Part shown: positions 13,414 to 23,610 of the stretch, one piece after another
How positions within the stretch are numbered: position 1 is the first letter of the stretch
Layout of the letters: every line of letters begins with the position of its first letter
NCBI GenBank assembly: GCA_965223335.1
Contig: OZ244991.1
Span: 1,952,001 to 2,016,000 of the forward strand
Direction: 5' to 3'
Length of the DNA stretch: 64,000 nucleotides
Origin: Thermodesulfobacteriota bacterium
GTDB taxonomy: Bacteria; Desulfobacterota_D; UBA1144; Nemesobacterales; UBA2774
Notes under the pieces: generated by a model
The model's input: the letters and a program-made list of their open reading frames with translations, nothing else
What the model was told of the DNA's origin: nothing
Databases searched by the model: none
Made by a program: the position numbers and the translations under genes

Positions 13414-13546
13414 TGTAAGCAAGGGATGCGGACATCGGCTTGACATAATACTCTCGTGATATAACATAACAAACCGATTTCACATAGATAGATTCCAGAT
13501 TAAGCATCGACTATGCGCATAGCGAGCAAACTTAGGAGGGTTTCAA

Positions 13547-14278
13547 ATGGGCAACGGAGCTTCACCTAACACACTGACTCTGAGGAAGGATGCTTGGTGG
13601 GCTGCACCTGCAGTAACAGCTATTATACTTACTGCTTTTGGAATATATTCTACGCTTAGGGCATATATGGATGCCCATTTTCTTGTCGAGCCGTATCTAT
13701 CCCCGTTTTACTCACCCTATATACTTTTAGACTGGTGGAAGTTTTCCCCTGCTTTTCTGATCCTATGGGCCCCGCTTGGGTTCAGGGCAACATGTTACTA
13801 CTACCGTAAGGCCTACTACCGATCTTTCTTTATGTCGCCACCGGCCTGTGCAGTTAAACCACTGGCCAAAGAGGGCAGTTACAAGGGCGAGACGGTATTC
13901 CCCTTCATACTCCAGAACATTCACAGGTTCTTTTTCTATGCAGCTACGGTTGTGCTTATATTCCTTTGGATTGACGCATTTAAAGCATTCTCGTTTGAAG
14001 ACGGGTTCGGTATAGGTGTAGGAACAATTGTGCTTGTTGTAAATGCGTTTCTATTGAGTATGTATTCACTGTCTTGCCATTCGTTCCGCCACTTAGTGGG
14101 CGGGAACCTAGATGTATTTTCGAGCTGCCCCATAAGGTTTGCGATCTGGGGCAAAGCAAGTGCCTTGAACGAGCACCATATGTTTTGGGCATGGGTAAGT
14201 CTGTTTAGCGTAGCATTGGCTGATCTTTACATATACTTGCTCTCATTGGGCATAATAACCGACGTGAGGTTTATCTAA
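13547..14278 (+). CDS. Succinate dehydrogenase membrane anchor, mycobacterial Sdh1 (Rv0249c-like) type
   Basis: Multi-TM protein upstream of sdhAB with FRATCYYYRKAYYRSF..PPACAV and SCHSFRHLVGG motifs. Confidence 0.8.
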   Translation: MGNGASPNTLTLRKDAWWAAPAVTAIILTAFGIYSTLRAYMDAHFLVEPYLSPFYSPYILLDWWKFSPAFLILWAPLGFRATCYYYRKAYYRSFFMSPPACAVKPLAKEGSYKGETVFPFILQNIHRFFFYAATVVLIFLWIDAFKAFSFEDGFGIGVGTIVLVVNAFLLSMYSLSCHSFRHLVGGNLDVFSSCPIRFAIWGKASALNEHHMFWAWVSLFSVALADLYIYLLSLGIITDVRFI

Positions 14279-14279
14279 G

Positions 14280-16001
14280 ATGGAGAAGTTTGAGACTCAT
14301 TCTTATGATGTAATTGTAATCGGAGCAGGTGGTGCGGGGCTGCGTGCAGCAATCGAGGCCTCGGCCAGAGGGGCATCCGTGGGACTTATATGCAAATCGC
14401 TTTTGGGCAAGGCCCACACAGTTATGGCTGAAGGCGGGGTAGCGGCAGCGCTTGCGAACGTGGACGTAAAGGACGACTGGAAGACCCATTTCAAGGACAC
14501 AATGAAGGGTGGGAAGATGCTTAACAACTGGCGTATGGCACAGCTCCACGCCCAGGAAGCACCCGACCGTGTCAAGGAACTAGAGCATTGGGGCGCACTG
14601 TTTGATAGGACTAAAGAGGGAAAGATTATGCAGAGGGCCTTTGGTGGCCACACATGGAAGCGTCTTTGCCACGTAGGCGACCGCACTGGGCTCGAGATGA
14701 TCCGCACACTGCAGGATAAGGGTATACACACAGGCATTGATGTTCATATGGAATGCACTATTACGAGTTTGTTAAAGGACGGAGAGAGGATAAGCGGGGC
14801 TTTCGGCTATTGGAGAGAGAGCGGCAGGTTTGTTGTATTCAACTCAAAGGCCGTGGTGCTTGCGACCGGGGGTATTGGTAAGTCGTACAAGGTGACCTCG
14901 AATTCCTGGGAGTACACAGGGGACGGCCATGCTCTGGCATATGAGGCGGGCGCTGATCTGATAGATATGGAGTTTGTACAGTTCCACCCCACGGGGATGG
15001 TATGGCCCGCGAGTGTGAAAGGAATCCTCGTGACCGAGGCTGTTAGAGGCGAGGGCGGGATACTTAGAAACAGCGAAGGCGAGAGGTTTATGGAGAAATA
15101 CGATCCCGAGCGCATGGAGCTTTCCACAAGAGACGTTGTGGCCAGGTCTATCTACACCGAGGTGCAGGAAGGCAGAGGCTCACCCCACGGCGGGGCGTTT
15201 TTGGATATCTCGCACAGGGGCGGGGACTATGTGAAGAAAAAACTCCCCAGCATGTACCACCAGTTTATGGAGTTTGCCGAGATTGATATCACAAAAGACC
15301 CGATGGAGGTATTCCCCACTACACACTATGTGATGGGCGGGGTGCGCGTGGATGCCGAGACTACAGGTACTACGGTGCCAGGGCTGTTTGCCGCCGGTGA
15401 GGTTGCAGGTGGGATGCACGGGGCTAACAGACTCGGGGGGAATTCGTTATCGGACCTCTTGGTGTTTGGGTGTCGTGCCGGTGCGGGTGCAAGTGATTAT
15501 GCAAACGAGATAGGTGATAACACATTAAAGATAAACGAAGAAGACATTGATAGAGCATCAAAGGAGATGCAGGAGCCGTTTCAGAACGAGGACGGTGAAA
15601 ACCCCTACACGCTTCACCAGGCCCTACAGGATGCTATGGGTGATTTTGTCGGCGTGTTCCGTACACATGAGAAGATTAGCGAAGGAGTACAACAGATCGA
15701 TATACTTAAGGAACGTGCCACCAAGCTAAAGGTAGAGGGCTCTAGACTCTTTAATCCCGGATGGCACCTCAGCCGAGACCTTAAATCAATGTTAATTGTA
15801 TCAGAGGCTATTGCACGCTGTGCACTCCAAAGAGAGGAAAGCAGAGGGGCACACAGCAGGGTGGACTTCCCCGACCCCGACGATGATAAGTGGGGCACGG
15901 TGAACTCTGTGGTGTCTAAAAACGGAGACGGAATGAACATAAGCACATCTCAGTTACCCCAAATGCCCGAGGAGCTAAAGAGGCTCTTTGACGGAGGATA
16001 A
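14280..16001 (+). CDS. sdhA: Succinate dehydrogenase/fumarate reductase flavoprotein subunit
   Basis: GAGGAG, AHTVMAEGG FAD-histidine motif, QFHPT, HGANRLGGNSL, ESRGAH. Confidence 0.93.
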   Translation: MEKFETHSYDVIVIGAGGAGLRAAIEASARGASVGLICKSLLGKAHTVMAEGGVAAALANVDVKDDWKTHFKDTMKGGKMLNNWRMAQLHAQEAPDRVKELEHWGALFDRTKEGKIMQRAFGGHTWKRLCHVGDRTGLEMIRTLQDKGIHTGIDVHMECTITSLLKDGERISGAFGYWRESGRFVVFNSKAVVLATGGIGKSYKVTSNSWEYTGDGHALAYEAGADLIDMEFVQFHPTGMVWPASVKGILVTEAVRGEGGILRNSEGERFMEKYDPERMELSTRDVVARSIYTEVQEGRGSPHGGAFLDISHRGGDYVKKKLPSMYHQFMEFAEIDITKDPMEVFPTTHYVMGGVRVDAETTGTTVPGLFAAGEVAGGMHGANRLGGNSLSDLLVFGCRAGAGASDYANEIGDNTLKINEEDIDRASKEMQEPFQNEDGENPYTLHQALQDAMGDFVGVFRTHEKISEGVQQIDILKERATKLKVEGSRLFNPGWHLSRDLKSMLIVSEAIARCALQREESRGAHSRVDFPDPDDDKWGTVNSVVSKNGDGMNISTSQLPQMPEELKRLFDGG

Positions 16002-16006
16002 TATTA

Positions 16007-16732
16007 ATGTCTGTTGCAAAACTAAGAGTATACCGCGGGGATAATGAGGGCGGTGAAGAGGTAGAGTACGAAGTACCCGTAGAGGAGGGGATGGTAGTAC
16101 TGGATGCCATCCACTACATTCAGGCTCACCATGACGGGGACCTTGCCGTCAGGTGGAACTGTAAAGCGGCAAAGTGTGGATCTTGCAGTGCAGAGATTAA
16201 CGGTATGCCGAAGCTCACATGTAAGACACGTATGGATAGCCTGCCGCTCAATGAACCTATCACCGTTTACCCGGTAAAGACCTTTCCAATTATGAAAGAC
16301 TTGGTGGCGGACGTTTCATGGAACTATGAGACCCGCAAGAAATTGCCGCCTTTTACTCCTGCCCCGGATACGGAGTGGACAATGTACCAGGAGGATGTGG
16401 AGCGTTCGCAGGAGTTTAGGAAGTGCATCGAGTGTTTTCTATGTCAAAACGTTTGTCATATTTTAAGAAACCATGATAAGAAACAGGAGTTTTTCGGCCC
16501 TCGTATGATGATAAAGCTAGCCGAGTTTGAGATGCACCCGCTTGACACACTTGACCGTAGGGACATGCTTCGCGAGGAAGCAGGTCTCGGGTACTGTAAC
16601 ATTACGAAATGCTGCACTGATGTGTGCCCAGAGAGTATTCATATTACGGACAATGCCATAATACCGCTTAAAGAGCGTGTGGCGGACAAGTTTTTTGACC
16701 CGATCGCATGGCTATTAAGCAAGCTTAAGTAG
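16007..16732 (+). CDS. sdhB: Succinate dehydrogenase iron-sulfur subunit
   Basis: CKAAKCGSC..C, CIECFLCQNVC, CNITKCCTDVCP Fe-S motifs. Confidence 0.93.
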   Translation: MSVAKLRVYRGDNEGGEEVEYEVPVEEGMVVLDAIHYIQAHHDGDLAVRWNCKAAKCGSCSAEINGMPKLTCKTRMDSLPLNEPITVYPVKTFPIMKDLVADVSWNYETRKKLPPFTPAPDTEWTMYQEDVERSQEFRKCIECFLCQNVCHILRNHDKKQEFFGPRMMIKLAEFEMHPLDTLDRRDMLREEAGLGYCNITKCCTDVCPESIHITDNAIIPLKERVADKFFDPIAWLLSKLK

Positions 16733-16775
16733 ATTCAGTCATAACAAATTATCAATCCCTGGAGGGTCGTGGTAA

Positions 16776-17939
16776 GTGAACATACACGAGTATCAAGCTA
16801 AAGAAATACTATCTCAATACGGGGTGAGGGTCCCTGCGGGAAAAGTGGCTTTTGACCCCGAAGAAGCCCATCAAATTGCCACCGGCCTCGATGTTGAAAA
16901 AGTGGTCGTCAAGGCACAGATCCATGCAGGGGGGCGAGGAAAAGGAGGGGGAGTTAAGCTCGCAAGCAGCGTGGATGAGGTAAAGGATATAGCGTCAGAA
17001 ATACTAGGGATGCAGCTTGTAACACACCAGACAGGGCCCGAAGGGAAGCTTGTGGGCAAGGTGCTTGTAGAAGAGGCATCTGCAATAGAGAAAGAGTTTT
17101 ACCTGGGAATGGTAATAGATAGGGCTACAGAGAGGATAGTGGTGATGGCAAGCCCTGAGGGCGGGATGGAAATCGAAGAAGTAGCAAGAGAAACACCAGA
17201 GAAAATACTAAAGATATACGTTGACCCGACCGTGGGTCTACAACCTTTCCAATGCCGTCAGATTGCCTACTTCTTGGGTCTTACGGGCAAAACCGTAAAC
17301 AAGACGGTGAAGTTTATACTGGGTCTATATAGTGCTTTTACGGAAAAGGACTGTTCATTGGCCGAGATAAACCCACTTGTACTTACCTCGGACGGCGAGG
17401 TGCTGGCGCTTGATGCAAAGATGAACTTTGATGATAATGCACTCTTTCGTCACCCTGATGTAGAGAAGTATCATGACCCAGAAGAGGATGACCCAACGGA
17501 GCTAGAGGCCAAGGACTGGGGCATAAGCTATGTTAAGCTCGATGGAAACATTGGGTGTTTGGTAAACGGAGCGGGGCTAGCGATGGCCACAATGGACATA
17601 ATTAAATTCCACGGGGGTGAGCCGGCTAACTTTTTGGATGTCGGTGGGGGTGCAACGACCGAACAGGTCACCCAGGCGTTTAAGATGATTTTGAGCGACC
17701 CGAATGTAAAAGCAATCTTTGTCAACATATTCGGCGGTATTATGAAATGCGATACCATAGCCGAGGGCATCATAAGTGCTGCGACTGAGGTGGGGATAGA
17801 GGTGCCTTTAGTGGTAAGGCTCGAGGGGACTAACGTTGAATTGGGTAGAGAATTGTTAGCGGAATCCGGTTTGAACCTTATTACAGGGTCAGATATGCGG
17901 GAGGCAGCAGCAAAGGTAGTCGAGGCTGCTGGGGGGTAG
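16776..17939 (+). CDS. sucC: Succinyl-CoA synthetase beta subunit
   Basis: [43 protein letters not shown] start. Confidence 0.95.
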   Translation: MNIHEYQAKEILSQYGVRVPAGKVAFDPEEAHQIATGLDVEKVVVKAQIHAGGRGKGGGVKLASSVDEVKDIASEILGMQLVTHQTGPEGKLVGKVLVEEASAIEKEFYLGMVIDRATERIVVMASPEGGMEIEEVARETPEKILKIYVDPTVGLQPFQCRQIAYFLGLTGKTVNKTVKFILGLYSAFTEKDCSLAEINPLVLTSDGEVLALDAKMNFDDNALFRHPDVEKYHDPEEDDPTELEAKDWGISYVKLDGNIGCLVNGAGLAMATMDIIKFHGGEPANFLDVGGGATTEQVTQAFKMILSDPNVKAIFVNIFGGIMKCDTIAEGIISAATEVGIEVPLVVRLEGTNVELGRELLAESGLNLITGSDMREAAAKVVEAAGG

Positions 17940-18109
17940 ATCACGCTTTTTTCAATAAATTAGGTGCTCTCTGACTCAACTTGAACGTGATTAACTATAA
18001 TGCTTTCGTAACTGCTTGAAATAGCATAATTATTTTTGAACATCCTCCATATTTCACCCCTTGACATCCGTATAATCGTGATTAGTTTTGATTAAGGAGG
18101 TTTGATTAT

Positions 18110-19006
18110 ATGAGAGGTTTAGTTACAAGAGACCCGTTAAACATATTTTTGAGCGAGGTTAGCCAATATCCGGTCCTAAGCAGGGATGAGGAGAGGGCAC
18201 TTGCCATAAAATACTATGAAGATAAGGACCTGGAATCCGCCAACAAGCTGGTGGTAGCAAACCTTAGGTTCGTTGTGAAAATTGCATCTGAGTATGTTTC
18301 TTATGGATTTCCTATGGTGGATCTGATCCAGGAAGGTACCATGGGGCTTATGAAAGCGATCAAGAAATTTAACCCCCACAGGGGATACAGGTTGATATCA
18401 TATGCGGTGTGGTGGATAAAGGCCAAGATCCAGAGCTATATAATGAAGTTTTGGAGTCAGGTTAAAATTGGTACCACGCAGGCTGAGAGAAAGTTGTTTC
18501 AAAAGATTAGCAAGGCTAAAAAGAAGCTTAATATTGAGAGCGAGACGTTAAGCGAAGATGAGGTAAAGCAGGTAGCGGAGCTTTTCGGGGTTAAGGAAAG
18601 TGAAGTGATCGATATAGAGCTTAGAACGGCTTCAAGGGATTTCTCGCTCGATTCAAATGTATCAGACGACGGTTCTACTACATACTTGGAGTCACTTGCG
18701 GATGAATCGACCGTAAACCCCGAGGATTATATAGAAGTGGTGCAATCATCGGAGCTCGCAAGAGAATTGATGGAAGAGGGCCTAGAAACTCTCACACCCA
18801 GGGAAAAGCACATTATCGAGAGCAGATATATGGCTGAGCCCGCGCTTAAACTTAGAGAGCTTGCGGACGAACTGGGTATCTCGAAGGAGAGGGTTCGTCA
18901 GCTAGAGGTACAAGCTTTAAATAAATTAAGAGGTTCGATGGAAAGTGGTAACCTCTATGAAAAATCAACACAAAACGAAAAAGAATATAGATTAGGAGGT
19001 AGATAA
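18110..19006 (+). CDS. rpoH: RpoH (sigma-32) family sigma factor
   Basis: NLRFVVKIA, DLIQEG, YAVWWIKA, VKIGTT followed by a divergent RpoH box ERKLFQKI, region 4 ISKERVRQLE. Confidence 0.85.
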   Translation: MRGLVTRDPLNIFLSEVSQYPVLSRDEERALAIKYYEDKDLESANKLVVANLRFVVKIASEYVSYGFPMVDLIQEGTMGLMKAIKKFNPHRGYRLISYAVWWIKAKIQSYIMKFWSQVKIGTTQAERKLFQKISKAKKKLNIESETLSEDEVKQVAELFGVKESEVIDIELRTASRDFSLDSNVSDDGSTTYLESLADESTVNPEDYIEVVQSSELARELMEEGLETLTPREKHIIESRYMAEPALKLRELADELGISKERVRQLEVQALNKLRGSMESGNLYEKSTQNEKEYRLGGR

Positions 19007-20953
19007 ATGGCTAGTAGTGGAAAAATTATCGGAATAGACCTTGGAACCACGAACTCTGTTGTTGCGATAGTGGAAGGGGGAGAGCCGAAAGTAATTATTA
19101 ACGAAGAGGGGGCGAGGGTTACACCGTCGGTCGTAGCGTTTACTAAAGAGGGTGAGGTGCTTGTAGGGGGTCCGGCCAAACGCCAGGGTGTGGTAAACCC
19201 CGAGAACACCATCTTTTCTGCTAAACGAATGATGGGTAGACGGTATGAAGAGGTAGAGGGTGAGGCTGAGAGCCTGCCTTATAAATTAGTCAAAAATAAA
19301 AACGGTGATGCGTGGTTTGAGGCGCAGGGAGCTGAGTATTCGCCGCCGCAGATATCCTCGCACATACTGATGAAACTTAAAAAAGCCGCCGAGGACTACC
19401 TGGGTGGAGAGGTGACCGACGCTGTGATCACGGTGCCGGCCTACTTTAACGACAGCCAGCGCCAGGCAACTAAAGACGCGGGGAAAATCGCTGGGCTTGA
19501 GGTAAAGCGTATAATCAACGAGCCCACAGCCGCGGCCCTTGCCTATGGATTCGACAAGAAAAGCGAGGGAGTGATAGCGGTGTATGACCTGGGTGGGGGT
19601 ACGTTTGATATCTCGATACTAGAGGTAGGGGATAACGTGATCGAGGTTAAGTCCACAAACGGCGATACGCACCTTGGGGGCGATGATTTTGATAGACAGG
19701 TAATGGAGTACATTATAGATGAGTTCAAAAAAGAGTCGGGCATTGACCTGAGTGGCGATAAAATGGCGCTCCAGAGGCTTCGCCAGGAGGCAGAGAAGGC
19801 TAAGATTGAGCTATCTAATACACTGGAGACTGAGATTAACCTGCCGTTTATCACTGCGGATTCAGCAGGCCCGAAACACCTGGTCATGAAGCTCACACGT
19901 GCTAAGTTTGAGCAGCTGGTAGAAGACTCTATCAGGGGAACACTCGAGCCCTGTCGCCAAGCACTCAAAGACGCAGGGATGAAAGCAGGTGACATAAACG
20001 AAGTTATACTCGTCGGTGGGTCCACAAGGATACCGCTAGTACAGAAAGTGGTAACGGACTTTTTTGGCAAAGAGCCGCACAAGGGTATTAACCCTGACGA
20101 AGTAGTGGCTATGGGTGCCGCGATACAGGGTGCGGTGCTGGGAGGCGAGGTAAGGGATGTACTGCTCCTGGACGTGACACCGCTCTCATTAGGTATAGAA
20201 ACTCTAGGCGGGGTTATGACGAGGATTATCGAGAGAAACACAACTATCCCTTCCAAAAAGAGCCAGGTGTTTACAACTGCAGAGGACAACCAGACCTCGG
20301 TTGAGATTCATGTGCTCCAGGGTGAGCGTCAGATGGCAAACGACAACCGCACGCTTGCCAAGTTTATACTGGATGGAATCCCGCCTGCATCGAGAGGAAT
20401 CCCTCAGGTCGAGGTTACGTTTGATATAGACGCTGACGGCATATTACACGTATCCGCCAAAGACACTGCCACTCAAAAAGAGCAGAAGGTCCGTGTCGAG
20501 GCCTCGAGCGGTCTTAGCACAGAAGAGGTTGACCAAATGGTTAAGGACGCTGAAGAGAAGTCGGAAGAGGATAAGATGCGCCACGACCTGGTAGAGGGTA
20601 GAAACAAACTGGATGAGCTCATATACAGGACCGATAAGAGCTTTAAGGAGTTTGAGGACAAGCTCTCGGATGAAGATAAACAGGAGCTGGAAGAAGCACT
20701 GGAAGAGGGACGAAACGCTGTTAAGGGTGATGACCCCGAGCAGATCAGTGCCTCTACGGAGAAGATCACACAGGCTTCGCATAAGCTTGCAGAGCTTATG
20801 TACAAGCAGCAGGACGGTGGTGAGGCCGAAGCCGGTACGGAACCCGGCGCAGAAACCGAGGCCCCGGAAGAAGATGTGGCAGAAGAACCTACAGAGGGGA
20901 AAGATGATGGCGACGGTGATGACGTCATAGACGCTGAGTTCACAGAAAAATAG
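19007..20953 (+). CDS. dnaK: Chaperone DnaK (Hsp70), copy 1
   Basis: [26 protein letters not shown]-terminal [10 protein letters not shown]. Confidence 0.96.
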   Translation: MASSGKIIGIDLGTTNSVVAIVEGGEPKVIINEEGARVTPSVVAFTKEGEVLVGGPAKRQGVVNPENTIFSAKRMMGRRYEEVEGEAESLPYKLVKNKNGDAWFEAQGAEYSPPQISSHILMKLKKAAEDYLGGEVTDAVITVPAYFNDSQRQATKDAGKIAGLEVKRIINEPTAAALAYGFDKKSEGVIAVYDLGGGTFDISILEVGDNVIEVKSTNGDTHLGGDDFDRQVMEYIIDEFKKESGIDLSGDKMALQRLRQEAEKAKIELSNTLETEINLPFITADSAGPKHLVMKLTRAKFEQLVEDSIRGTLEPCRQALKDAGMKAGDINEVILVGGSTRIPLVQKVVTDFFGKEPHKGINPDEVVAMGAAIQGAVLGGEVRDVLLLDVTPLSLGIETLGGVMTRIIERNTTIPSKKSQVFTTAEDNQTSVEIHVLQGERQMANDNRTLAKFILDGIPPASRGIPQVEVTFDIDADGILHVSAKDTATQKEQKVRVEASSGLSTEEVDQMVKDAEEKSEEDKMRHDLVEGRNKLDELIYRTDKSFKEFEDKLSDEDKQELEEALEEGRNAVKGDDPEQISASTEKITQASHKLAELMYKQQDGGEAEAGTEPGAETEAPEEDVAEEPTEGKDDGDGDDVIDAEFTEK

Positions 20954-20990
20954 ACCCAACCGATTTAAACTGAATAGAGTAAAATCGTGT

Positions 20991-21023
20991 AAAAGGCGGC
21001 GGCTATGACGGCCGCCTTTTTTT
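20991..21023. terminator. Rho-independent terminator after dnaK (A-tract and T-tract on either side)
   Basis: AAAAGGCGGC-N10-GCCGCCTTTTTTT. Confidence 0.85.
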
Positions 21024-21071
21024 ATTTAAAAAACTACTATTTTTATTTTTGTATGCGCACAAACTAATTAC

Positions 21072-21100
21072 TTTAAATTTATGAGAATCTACAGTATAAT
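21072..21100 (+). promoter_or_regulatory. Putative sigma70 promoter of rpmE
   Basis: TTTAAA-N17-TATAAT, 42 nt upstream of the ATG. Confidence 0.5.
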
Positions 21101-21142
21101 AGATAGCCTCAAGATAGAGCTAAGTTATTTGGAGGGCCAATA

Positions 21143-21355
21143 ATGAAGGCGGATATTCATCCTGAATACAAGGAAGTTACCATCAGTTGTTCGTGCGGTG
21201 CCGAATACCATACAAAATCGACAAGAACCGAAAATTTTACCGTAGAAGTGTGTTCAAATTGCCACCCATTCTATACCGGAAGGGAAAGAGCGACAGAAGC
21301 AAAAGGTAGAGTTGAGAGGTTTAAACGGAAATACGAACGGAAACAGGCATCGTGA
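21143..21355 (+). CDS. rpmE: 50S ribosomal protein L31 (Zn-binding form)
   Basis: [29 protein letters not shown]. Confidence 0.95.
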   Translation: MKADIHPEYKEVTISCSCGAEYHTKSTRTENFTVEVCSNCHPFYTGRERATEAKGRVERFKRKYERKQAS

Positions 21356-21452
21356 GTACTATGAACTGATAATATTTCCGGTTACTGGATTTTCACGTTT
21401 AATTCCCCAACCACTAAAGCGTTAAAATATTATTTTGTCGGAGGCTAGGCTG

Positions 21453-23537
21453 ATGAAAGAATACAGTGGGGATACGGTAAGGAACCTGGCATTGATAGGG
21501 CCTCACGGGGCCGGTAAAACATCGTTTGCAGAAGCAATGCTCTATGTGAGCGGGGCAAGCGATAAGCTTGGAAAGGTGGATGACGGCTCTTCTTCGCTGG
21601 ACTATGAAGAAGAGGAAAAAAAACGCAACATGTCCGTTAACTCACACATCGCTTTCTGTGAGTGGGACGGAAACCTTATAAACTTAGTAGACACCCCCGG
21701 TTTTTCTAATTTCTTATTCGATACTCAGAGCTCGTTAAATGTAGTGGATGGCTGTGTTTTGGTTGTCGGTGCCATATCGGGTGAAGGAGCTGTGCAGGGC
21801 AAGCGGTACTGGGATATGGCTGAGGGGTTTAAGCTCCCCAGGATGATTTTAGTAAACAAATTGGACAGGGAACGTACGAGCTTTGACGATACTGTTCGAG
21901 CCACAGAAAAAGAACTGGGAATTAAGGTGCTCCCCATAACTATCCCAATAGGGGCAGAGGCGGATTTTAAAGGGGTTATAGACCTTATTGAGATGAAGGC
22001 TTATACGAATGACCCAAGCGGTAAGCCGCAGGCGGGAGAGATACCCGATGACCTTAAGGACGCGGCAGCCTCAGCTAGGGAGAGGATCATAGAATCGGTG
22101 GCTGAGCTTGATGACGACCTGCTTGAGAAATACTTAAACGGTGAGACGCTTGATACCGATCTTGTGTATAAAATGCTCCACGAAGGGGCAAGAAATTCGA
22201 GCCTATTCCCATTATTTGCAGGCTCATCAGCCTCGCTTGTTGGAGTGGGTAAGTTTATGGATTCAATATCCCGTTTTACACCGTCTCCCAAAGAGATTGG
22301 GCCTATAGAGGCAAAGAGTAAAGACGGGGAGCCCTCAGAGATTGTGCCGAGTGAAAACGGTGTGTCGCAGGCGTTTGTTTTTAAGACCATATCAGACCCC
22401 TACGCGGGCAAGATAAACATTTTCCGAGTCTATTCGGGCAGTATCAACGGGGACACGACCGTGTACAATGCCACCAAGGAGTCAAAAGAGAAGCTCGGTC
22501 ACCTCTACAAGATCATCGGCAAGAAAGAGCACCCGCTCGATAGGGCATTGATGGGTGACATCGTAGCCGTCAACAAATTAAAAGAGACCGATACGGGCGA
22601 TACACTGGGAGGGGATTCAAGTGCCCTTGTTATAGAGCCCCTTGAGGTGCCACAGGCGGTGCTCTCGTACGCTATAGAACCAAAGAGCCGCAATGACGAA
22701 GACAAGCTAATGCCCTCGCTAAATAGGATTCAGGAAGAGGACCCGGCTATTCAGTACAGGATTGATGAGGAGACGAGGGAGTTTCTGTTATCGGGCACAG
22801 GGCAGACACATGTGGAGGTAGTAGTTAATAAACTCCGCGACACCTATGGGGTTAACGTGGAGCTTAAGACCCCGCGTGTGCCATATAGAGAAACAATAAG
22901 GGGGAAAGCAAAGGCTGAGGGCAAATACATCAAACAGACTGGTGGGCGTGGACAGTATGGGGACGCCTGGGTCGAGATTGAACCTATGCCCCGTGGGGGA
23001 GGTTACGAGTTTGTAAATAACATCGTCGGTGGTGCCATACCCAAGAACTTCATACCATCGGTAGAAAAAGGCGTGCTCGAGGCTATGAAAAAAGGTGTAA
23101 GCGCCGGCTACCCTGTGGTGGATGTTAAGGTCACGCTCTTTGACGGCAAGTATCACTCTGTGGATTCTTCTGATATTGCTTTCCAGATAGCTGGTTCCAT
23201 GGGGTTTAAGCAGGCAATGGAACAGGCCAAACCAATGCTGCTTGAGCCTATAATGAGGATGGAAATTACCATACCCGAGGAGTCCATGGGGGATGTGATT
23301 GGGGATGTGAACTCGAGGCGCGGTAAGGTGTCGGGTGTGGATTCCCAGCCCGGGTCGCATCAGATAAACGCGCTCGTTCCAATGTCTGAGGTGTTGTCGT
23401 ATGCCCCGGAATTGAGATCCATCACAAGCGGGCGAGGAAATTTCTCGATGGAGTTTTCGCACTACGAAGAGGTCCCGGATCATCTGTCGGGCAAAATCAT
23501 AGCGGAAGCGAATAAAGGCAAAGAGTCTGAGGAGTAA
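21453..23537 (+). CDS. Elongation factor G paralog (EF-G2-like)
   Basis: GPHGAGKT, DTPGF, NKLD, VPYRETI, KQTGGRGQYG, HSVDSS; not in an rpsL-rpsG context; ATG at 21453 after GGAGG. Confidence 0.88.
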   Translation: MKEYSGDTVRNLALIGPHGAGKTSFAEAMLYVSGASDKLGKVDDGSSSLDYEEEEKKRNMSVNSHIAFCEWDGNLINLVDTPGFSNFLFDTQSSLNVVDGCVLVVGAISGEGAVQGKRYWDMAEGFKLPRMILVNKLDRERTSFDDTVRATEKELGIKVLPITIPIGAEADFKGVIDLIEMKAYTNDPSGKPQAGEIPDDLKDAAASARERIIESVAELDDDLLEKYLNGETLDTDLVYKMLHEGARNSSLFPLFAGSSASLVGVGKFMDSISRFTPSPKEIGPIEAKSKDGEPSEIVPSENGVSQAFVFKTISDPYAGKINIFRVYSGSINGDTTVYNATKESKEKLGHLYKIIGKKEHPLDRALMGDIVAVNKLKETDTGDTLGGDSSALVIEPLEVPQAVLSYAIEPKSRNDEDKLMPSLNRIQEEDPAIQYRIDEETREFLLSGTGQTHVEVVVNKLRDTYGVNVELKTPRVPYRETIRGKAKAEGKYIKQTGGRGQYGDAWVEIEPMPRGGGYEFVNNIVGGAIPKNFIPSVEKGVLEAMKKGVSAGYPVVDVKVTLFDGKYHSVDSSDIAFQIAGSMGFKQAMEQAKPMLLEPIMRMEITIPEESMGDVIGDVNSRRGKVSGVDSQPGSHQINALVPMSEVLSYAPELRSITSGRGNFSMEFSHYEEVPDHLSGKIIAEANKGKESEE

Positions 23538-23610
23538 TCCTCGTGAGAGATTATTGAGTAAAGTGCTATCCAGCAATAATTCTGTCTATCTCTAATCCAT
23601 AGAGCAAAGC

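Noticed and set aside
17940..18109. CIRCE element or sigma-32 promoter upstream of rpoH (also checked upstream of grpE)
   Set aside because: No TTAGCACTC-N9-GAGTGCTAA match was seen, and the CTTGAA/CCAT-like boxes have the wrong spacing.
19543..23576. Long antisense ORFs opposite dnaK and the EF-G paralog (248 aa, 262 aa)
   Set aside because: Shadow frames of conserved genes with no recognisable motifs.
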